Origin: an uncultured bacterium
GTDB lineage: Bacteria; Hydrogenedentota; Hydrogenedentia; Hydrogenedentales; JAEUWI01
Reading direction: 5' to 3'
DNA length: 13,425 nt
Assembly (NCBI GenBank): GCA_963977445.1
Contig: CAXBPH010000195.1
Coordinates: forward strand, 1-13,425
Below are positions 1 to 5,753 of this stretch, in pieces. Position 1 is the first letter of the stretch. Each line of letters starts with the position of its first letter. The notes under the pieces were generated by a model. It was given only the letters and a program-made list of their open reading frames with translations, had not been told where the DNA came from and made no database searches. The translations under genes and the position numbers were made by a program.

Positions 1-710
1 CGGGTATGGCGGAAGATCCAGGGACTGTGTATGGCACCCCGGCCAATCATTACGCCATCGCATCCCATATCGAAGACCGCCTTGGCGTCTTCCGGTGTCG
101 CGATATCGCCATTGGCAATGAGGGGAATTTTGCTGACTTCCTTGATGCGGGGCAACCAGCTCCAATCGGCGTTTCCGGTGTAGCCTTGCTTGCGGGTGCG
201 GCAATGAACGGTAAGGGCCGAGACACCGATGGACTCCAGCATCTGGGCGACATCGAGTATGACAAAACTGTTCTCATCCCATCCGAGACGGGTCTTTACG
301 GTGACGGGCAGGTCGGTGCCGCGCTGGACGGACTCCACCACAGCCTGAAACTTGGTGAGGTCGCGAAGCAATCCGGCACCATCGCCCCGGGTCGCGATCT
401 TCTTCACCCAACAACCGCAATTGATATCGATCCAGTCGGCCCCGGCTTCCTGGGCGATGCCTGCGGCCTGTTCGAGGGACTCTTCCCCACTGCCATAGAG
501 CTGAATGGCCACCGGTCGCTCGCCGTCATGAACCTGAATCTTGTGGATAGCCTGTTTCACGTTGCGCACAAGGGCTTCGCAATTGGCGAATTCCGTGAAG
601 ACGAGGTCGGCACCCTGTTCTTTACAGATACGGCGGAAGGGTGTGTCGGAGACGTCTTCCATGGGGGCAAGGCAAAGGGGCTGGTGTATGTCAATAGGAC
701 CGATTTTCAT
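1..710 (-). CDS. dusB: tRNA-dihydrouridine synthase (DusB/NifR3 family), 3' end truncated by window edge
   Basis: Manual translation of the minus strand from ATG at 710: MKIGPIDIHQPLCLAPMEDVSDTPFRRICKEQGADLVFTEF...PVAIQLYGS...DWIDINCGCWVKK...GAGLL...PVTVKTRLGWD...LTVHCRTRKQGYTGNADW...IPLIANGDI...CDGVMIGRGA. Contains the Dus motifs LAPM, DIN-GC (catalytic Cys), VTVK-R-GW, H-RT, NGDI and GVMIGRGA. The frame is open to the window edge. Absent from the ORF track because no stop lies in the window. Confidence 0.95.
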   Translation of the reverse strand, partial: MKIGPIDIHQPLCLAPMEDVSDTPFRRICKEQGADLVFTEFANCEALVRNVKQAIHKIQVHDGERPVAIQLYGSGEESLEQAAGIAQEAGADWIDINCGCWVKKIATRGDGAGLLRDLTKFQAVVESVQRGTDLPVTVKTRLGWDENSFVILDVAQMLESIGVSALTVHCRTRKQGYTGNADWSWLPRIKEVSKIPLIANGDIATPEDAKAVFDMGCDGVMIGRGAIHSPWIFRHT

Positions 711-760
711 AGCGACTATTCTGGGTATTGTTCTGCGGCGAATGGGAACATATGTGGAAA

Positions 761-769
761 ATTATACCA
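761..769 (-). promoter_or_regulatory. Extended -10 sigma70 promoter element (TGGTATAAT) for dusB
   Basis: Minus strand reads TG-G-TATAAT, a consensus extended -10, about 50 nt upstream of the dusB ATG. No good -35 at 17 nt spacing, which is typical of extended -10 promoters. Confidence 0.65.
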
Positions 770-829
770 GATTACTGCGTTGAAATGCCCAAAAGCCCCC
801 TATCTGAATTTTTGCGGCGTACCCCACGG

Positions 830-856
830 AAAACGGCGACCCCAGAGGGGCCGCCG
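830..856 (-). terminator. Intrinsic terminator downstream of the dinB-family gene
   Basis: Minus strand CGGCGGCCCC-TCT-GGGGTCGCCG-TTTT: 10-bp GC stem with one G-U pair, followed by a short U tract, about 22 nt after the stop at 879. Confidence 0.7.
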
Positions 857-878
857 CCAATCGCAAAGCGTAAAGGGC

Positions 879-1364
879 TCACATATCCATATAGGGCATG
901 GCGGGCACCAGGCCAAGCAAACGCGCATAGACCGTCAAGGCACCGCGGTGGTGTGCGGTGTGGTCATCGATGCCGCTGATAATGGCCAGGCGCGGCTTCC
1001 CGCCCATCACCATACCTTCGGGCAAAGGAGACCGGAGCTCTTCTATACTCTTGCTACCAATGACGGCCACTGCCGAGGCCACGGATTTATCAAACCATTC
1101 CCGAGCGGCGGTGAGGGACTCTACCGCAAGAACGGGCGCCATATGGCCCTCAAAGTCCAGGTCGAATCCGTCTTCGCGATTAAAGGCCCCATCAACAAAC
1201 CAATCGATGGTCTGGGCCACGTGGGCCACCTGCTGGGCCACGGTCATCAACTCTTCGGTGGGCCGAAACGACGAATGCTCCTCAGTGAAGCAGCGGGTTG
1301 AACGGTTGAAAAACTCTCCGATTACCGTAATCTGGTCAGCAAAGACTTGTGGTGTCATGGTCAT
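879..1364 (-). CDS. DinB/YfiT-family protein (putative metal-dependent thiol transferase fold)
   Basis: 161 aa. 'FRPTEELMTVAQQVAHVA' and 'DHTAHHRGALTVYARLLG..P..Y' match the DinB superfamily His triad pattern. SD AAGGAG lies just upstream of the start. This is not DNA polymerase IV. Confidence 0.9.
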   Translation of the reverse strand: MTMTPQVFADQITVIGEFFNRSTRCFTEEHSSFRPTEELMTVAQQVAHVAQTIDWFVDGAFNREDGFDLDFEGHMAPVLAVESLTAAREWFDKSVASAVAVIGSKSIEELRSPLPEGMVMGGKPRLAIISGIDDHTAHHRGALTVYARLLGLVPAMPYMDM

Positions 1365-1414
1365 GCACTCCTTATTTTCTGTTGGTTTAAGTCACAGCAA
1401 AACGTCAGGATCAA

Positions 1415-1451
1415 AGCGTAACACCCGACTCCTGACAGATCGTGTCAGGAG
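1415..1451 (-). promoter_or_regulatory. Palindromic operator CTCCTGACA-N5-TGTCAGGAG (1429-1451) plus -10 box TACGCT (1420-1415); putative WYL-domain regulator site
   Basis: Perfect 9-bp inverted repeat with a 5-nt spacer. On the minus strand TGTCAGG is followed 10 nt later by TACGCT (TAnnnT), about 50 nt upstream of the dinB-family start. Confidence 0.75.
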
Positions 1452-1616
1452 GCTGTATTAATTTTCAGTTAGTACTACCACTCTCTGGGACTACCAACGT
1501 TCGCTTTCACCACGCCACCAACGGACGTCGAAGCTGCAGCTACGGTAGCAGGGTCCCTGGCAGACCGTCAACGGCACGGAAACAGACAATAGAAAACAGT
1601 CTTTTGGCGACCTGCT

Positions 1617-3005
1617 CTATGGAGCGAGCGTGACTTCAATCACGTGCACCGCGAAAGGCTCGTAACTCATGGAGAAGGCCTTCACGCCCTCTTCCAGGGA
1701 TAGGGGCAACTGATTCTCAAACCGCGTACCCACGGATTGCAGCGCACGGTCAAACGTAAAAGTCCCCTTCAGCATAGCGTCGTCCAGATTGACGGTCAAC
1801 AGGAGAAAGCGGTTGTCATCCAGGGCTTTAATCATAACGCGGAGGGGATTGGTGGTTATGGGCTCCCCTTCCAGCGATACCGCGCAGGAAAATTCGGAAC
1901 CGACCGTCGGAGAAAGGAGGACGGGGGTTAAAGTGGCAATCTCCTCGTTAATCTTCGTGGTGGCTTCCCATAGCGACCGGGATTGCACCAGCTGCATGGG
2001 CGTCGCCGGTGTCGGTCGGGTGTACCCCTCCTGGCGGGGACTGGGCGTATAGGCCACTTTGGGGTTGGGCGACATGCCAATGACGTTGCCATCGCGGGGC
2101 ACGTAGGTATCCCACGTGAAATACACGATGCCTGTGGCCCCGTGAATAAGGCCGGCATAGACGGACGCCCGAAGTTGCTCCGGTGTGGGAAAGCGAAAAG
2201 CGAAAGGTTTTCCAAACTCACCTGGATCTTCAAAGGCCCCAACGATCAGCCATAAGGGGCGCTTTTCATTGCCATTGGCCACGCCGAGCGATACGGACTG
2301 GGGAATGCCATTGGGCTCGGCACCAATGGAATTTGCCCGATGTTCACGGTTCATGATGGGATAATTGTCGTGACACGAGATCGATGCGGAGGCGTTCCAC
2401 TTGAGCCACCAATCGGTCGCCGGAGGCATGATCCAGGGCGCATCGTTAATGAATACAGGCAAATCAGGTGCTATCGTGTGAATGGCCTCCTGGTAAGCCT
2501 TAAACTCGGCAAACATGTTGTCCATCTCGCCCGATTGGAGCTTACCAATGGGCTCATCGTGCCAGACGTTGCCCAGAAGTTGAGGCGCATCTTTGAGTAG
2601 CTCCCGTTCGTCCTCGTTCACCTCCCCCATAAACACGAGTTGGAGATTGTGTTCGGCTGCGGCGTCCAGCACCTGTTCCAGCGGACCAAACCAGGGCCAG
2701 ACCGTGTTGAATCCCGCCTCGGTAAGTACCGACCAATCACTTTCCGATTCCCATTGTTTACCGGGACGTTGGGCACCCCAGATAGCGATGGGAAAGAAGG
2801 ACTCGACGGGGTCATAGTGTTCGAGGACCTTGCCCTGTTTGTTGGTATGGGGCACCCCTTCCCGGTAGATGGTCTGAATGGTATCGTTGTTACTCACAGG
2901 TTCCTGGGCGGACAAGGACTGCGTAAAAACGCCCCCCAACGCGGCGAGCATTACAAAAATAGGGTGAACCAGAACAAGAACTGGGCGTCGTCGAAGATCG
3001 TACAT
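1617..3005 (-). CDS. Secreted hypothetical protein, glycoside-hydrolase-like TIM barrel
   Basis: 462 aa. N-terminal basic plus hydrophobic signal peptide ending SLSA-Q. Barrel-like motifs FFPIAIW, EAGFNTV, VWHDEP, SCHDNYP and PTPEQLRASVYAGLIHGATGIVYFTW, followed by a beta-rich C-terminal domain (LLLTVN...YEPFAVHVIE). Exact start uncertain; a downstream Met is possible. Confidence 0.75.
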   Translation of the reverse strand: MYDLRRRPVLVLVHPIFVMLAALGGVFTQSLSAQEPVSNNDTIQTIYREGVPHTNKQGKVLEHYDPVESFFPIAIWGAQRPGKQWESESDWSVLTEAGFNTVWPWFGPLEQVLDAAAEHNLQLVFMGEVNEDERELLKDAPQLLGNVWHDEPIGKLQSGEMDNMFAEFKAYQEAIHTIAPDLPVFINDAPWIMPPATDWWLKWNASASISCHDNYPIMNREHRANSIGAEPNGIPQSVSLGVANGNEKRPLWLIVGAFEDPGEFGKPFAFRFPTPEQLRASVYAGLIHGATGIVYFTWDTYVPRDGNVIGMSPNPKVAYTPSPRQEGYTRPTPATPMQLVQSRSLWEATTKINEEIATLTPVLLSPTVGSEFSCAVSLEGEPITTNPLRVMIKALDDNRFLLLTVNLDDAMLKGTFTFDRALQSVGTRFENQLPLSLEEGVKAFSMSYEPFAVHVIEVTLAP

Positions 3006-3058
3006 TAAAGTGGATACTCATATGGGAGTTGCGGTTGACGGCAAAATGCCAAGGCCGC

Positions 3059-3087
3059 ATTCTAAGCACCCGACGCACGGAGTACAA
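3059..3087 (-). promoter_or_regulatory. Putative sigma70 promoter TTGTAC-N17-TAGAAT for the GH-like gene
   Basis: Minus strand -35 at 3087-3082 and -10 at 3064-3059 with an exact 17-nt spacer, about 53 nt upstream of the ATG at 3005. Confidence 0.5.
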
Positions 3088-3094
3088 CCTGGGA

Positions 3095-3427
3095 TTAATT
3101 TAATCGGGCGCTGTCCACCGGCGCCGCTGGTACTCCATGGCCACGTATCCACGAAATCAACGTTGCGAGGAACACCGCGATTACGGCCCATTGGATGGTT
3201 CCTACAACAAACAACCAGCCCTCTTGGACCGCGCCTGATTTACCCACCGATTCCAATAGCCAGCGGGCGGGCAAGTCAAGCCAATACACGGCCAATACCA
3301 ACAGAAAACTCGGACTCTGATCGCTGAGACCAATGGTTAGCGAAATCAGGCTCAGGACCAGCCACAGCGCGAGGTGGCCGCCCACCAGAATGAGAAGGGT
3401 ACGTTTCATCGTTCTATTCATGACCAA
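3095..3427 (-). CDS. Small hypothetical membrane protein (2-3 hydrophobic helices)
   Basis: About 110 aa, with hydrophobic runs LLILVGGHLALWLVLSLISLTIGL, FLLVLAVYWL and WLFVVGTIQWAVIAVFLATLISWI. Fills the gap directly after the SDR stop. SD-like AGGGAG at 3440-3435. Start could be TTG 3427 or ATG 3421. Confidence 0.65.
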   Translation of the reverse strand: MVMNRTMKRTLLILVGGHLALWLVLSLISLTIGLSDQSPSFLLVLAVYWLDLPARWLLESVGKSGAVQEGWLFVVGTIQWAVIAVFLATLISWIRGHGVPAAPVDSARLN

Positions 3428-3442
3428 CGTTCAACTCCCTGT

Positions 3443-4225
3443 TTACTTTGCCGTGTAGCCGCCATCGACGGGAATATTGGTGCCCGTCACGTAGGCGGAA
3501 GCGTCGCTGGCCAGAAATACGACACTACCGGCAAGGTCGGTGCTGTTGGCCATACGCCCGAGGCAGGTCCGCTCGTTGTACTGTCGAACAAAGGCTTCGG
3601 GGTGGTCTTCGGTCTGAAAACCACCGGGAGACAGACAATTGCATCGAACATTAGTTGCACCATAGTAGCTGGCGATGAATTTAGTATAGTTTATCATGGC
3701 CCCTTTGCAAAAAAAGTAGTCGGGGTGCCAGCTATGCATATCCGTGCCCCGATAATTGGCGTGATTGGGACCGACCATGCCTTTCATGGATCCAATATTG
3801 ATGATGGAGCCACTCCCCTGATCGGCCATCCAATCGCCGAAGGCCCGGGTAATTAGGAATAATCCCGTGCCGTTCACTTTCATACTCAGATCAAAGTTTT
3901 CGGCCGTATCCTGATAGCTTTCTACCGGCCGAAGCACCGCGTTGTTCACCAGAATATCGAAGGTCGGTCGTTCTGCACGAATGGTATCCCGCAGGGCCAG
4001 AATACTGGATTCGTCCCCTTGATCCAGGGAGCGCGGGTAGATAGTGAGTCCTTCTTCCGCGAGGGTTTCGGCGAGGTCTTCGAGGGCGGCCACGTTGCGG
4101 GAGGCGCAATAGGTGTGGGCACCGGCCTGGGCAAGACCACGCACCAATTGCCTGCCATAGAGTCCGGCACCACCGGTGATGAGGGCGGTCTTGCCCGCGA
4201 GGGAAAAGGTGTCGAGAATATTCAT
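3443..4225 (-). CDS. Short-chain dehydrogenase/reductase (SDR)
   Basis: 260 aa with TGGAGLYG Rossmann motif, LVNNA, catalytic Ser (NIGS), YxxxK (YFFCK), NCLSPGG and C-terminal YVTGTNIPVDGGYTA. SD AGGAG upstream. Confidence 0.95.
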   Translation of the reverse strand: MNILDTFSLAGKTALITGGAGLYGRQLVRGLAQAGAHTYCASRNVAALEDLAETLAEEGLTIYPRSLDQGDESSILALRDTIRAERPTFDILVNNAVLRPVESYQDTAENFDLSMKVNGTGLFLITRAFGDWMADQGSGSIINIGSMKGMVGPNHANYRGTDMHSWHPDYFFCKGAMINYTKFIASYYGATNVRCNCLSPGGFQTEDHPEAFVRQYNERTCLGRMANSTDLAGSVVFLASDASAYVTGTNIPVDGGYTAK

Positions 4226-4305
4226 GAATCATTACTCCTGATTACGACTACCATAAACCTCCCATGAGGTCGCTATGGTCATTTTCAGATAGGGCGAGAT
4301 GAAAA

Positions 4306-5301
4306 TCAATCGGGCACAATTTCCTGCCAGCTTCCACTGCGTACGGATTCATGAACGGCAAGATTAACGTGCAAGGTTTGGATGCCCTCAGCCAGACTGC
4401 ACAAGGGCTTCGCGGTGCCTGCGAGGGCGTCGAGCAAGTGCGTGGCATTGGCGATGTAGAGGGCATCGCGATCGGCCAACGGGTGATCATGGTCTTCCCA
4501 GGGGCCTTCCGGCTCTGCCATTACGCGCCAACGGCTCTGATGTAATTCAAAGCGGAGGGTCGCGTGTTCGCAGACGATGGTAATATGGGATTCGTTGGGT
4601 TTCTGATAGAGATTCAGGGTGTAGTTGGCCATGATCTGATCGTGGCGGGCAATTACGTGAACCGTATCTTCCACGGTGACGCCAGCGAGATGTTGGTGAT
4701 CGGCGTCGGCGACGAGGCGGGTAATGGGCCCCACCAGGTATTCGCCCAGATTGAGGAGGTGGGTCATCGCATCGTGGATGGCTCCCCCACCCTGGGCCGG
4801 GTCCGCGAAGTACACCTCCCCATAGGCGGGACGATATTTTGGAAAGTACTGACCAATGGAACCCAGCACCTGAAGCGGTTTCCCATACTGTCCGCCGTCG
4901 AGCGCGGCCTTGAGGGTGGCGGTGCCGGGATGGGCACGAATCTGATAACTCACAGCGGCCATAAGGCCTTGCTCACGGACGCGACGGCGCAGCGATTCCA
5001 CCCCCTCCAGGGAAATGGATAGCGGTTTTTCAATCACGATATCGAGGCCGGCATCGACGGCCTGACTTGCAATGGGAATATGGGTGTGGGCGGGCGTGGC
5101 AATCAAGACGCCATCCCAGGGTTGGGCCAGGGCTTCGGCAAGGTCGCCCGTCCCATAGGCCACGTCGTAGCGCGTCGCCACGGACTCACGAAGTTCATTG
5201 TTGAGTTCACAAATCCCTACGGTGACCCGCCCCGTGGCCAGAAAACAGCGCACATGCCGCTCTCCAATGGAACCCACACCAACAATTAGTATCCGCTGCA
5301 T
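4306..5301 (-). CDS. Gfo/Idh/MocA family NAD(P)-dependent oxidoreductase
   Basis: 331 aa with GVGSIGERH, IATPAHTH, EKP and GGGAIHDAMTH motifs. Confidence 0.95.
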   Translation of the reverse strand: MQRILIVGVGSIGERHVRCFLATGRVTVGICELNNELRESVATRYDVAYGTGDLAEALAQPWDGVLIATPAHTHIPIASQAVDAGLDIVIEKPLSISLEGVESLRRRVREQGLMAAVSYQIRAHPGTATLKAALDGGQYGKPLQVLGSIGQYFPKYRPAYGEVYFADPAQGGGAIHDAMTHLLNLGEYLVGPITRLVADADHQHLAGVTVEDTVHVIARHDQIMANYTLNLYQKPNESHITIVCEHATLRFELHQSRWRVMAEPEGPWEDHDHPLADRDALYIANATHLLDALAGTAKPLCSLAEGIQTLHVNLAVHESVRSGSWQEIVPD

Positions 5302-5558
5302 AAGATTTCCTGACTACGATATTTCGATAAAAAGGGCGAAGGAATAGCATGTCTATGATGGGTTCCATTATACATATCGGGTCATACTGCGCCGACATCA
5401 CAGATTCATAATCGAAGTGTAACAACCATGCTCTCGCCCTCCTCGCCCATGTGCCACGTCGGCATGATTGCTTTTTGGGGCCCAGAGCGAAGTTCGGGTG
5501 CGTCGGAGGCGTGTTGTTTGTACGTCTTCGACGTAATGCAGGCAGGCCGCCCACCTTT

Positions 5559-5586
5559 GGCGCGTCCGAGACCTGCGCTCCCAAGT
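5559..5586. repeat. Degenerate REP-like palindrome (minus strand TTGGGAGCGCAGGTCTCGGACGCGCC)
   Basis: Resembles from memory GGGAGCGC-GGTCTC-GACC-GC type extragenic palindromes. Single decayed copy in a 450-bp intergenic gap; its repetitive nature cannot be shown from this window. Confidence 0.3.
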
Positions 5587-5671
5587 CTCCCGATCTCGAA
5601 GCTGGCAACGGATTGTGTTGGAAAAACTTGAAGACTAATCTTCACCAGACAAGAACCACAGATCAATGGGT

Positions 5672-5714
5672 AAAACCGAACACGGGCAAGTCCCTGCAGA
5701 CTTGCCCGTGCCAC
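5672..5714 (-). terminator. Perfect 12-bp hairpin after the acylase gene; terminator and/or GTGG-type REP element
   Basis: CACGGGCAAGTC (5681-5692), 6-nt loop, GACTTGCCCGTG (5699-5710). On the minus strand it is preceded by GTGG and followed by TTCGGTTTT, about 43 nt after the stop at 5754. Confidence 0.7.
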
Positions 5715-5753
5715 GCGCAATTTTATTACAGACCTGATGCTATCGAGAAATCA

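Noticed and set aside
6..1301. 431-aa plus-strand ORF spanning two genes and their intergenic region
   Set aside because: It is antisense to the clearly recognisable dusB and dinB-family genes and runs across their terminator and promoter. It has no recognisable motifs, and long shadow ORFs are common opposite GC-rich coding sequence.
5367..5372. TATAAT on the minus strand upstream of the Gfo/Idh/MocA gene
   Set aside because: Plausible -10, but no acceptable -35 or TGn extension, so not supported enough to list as a feature.
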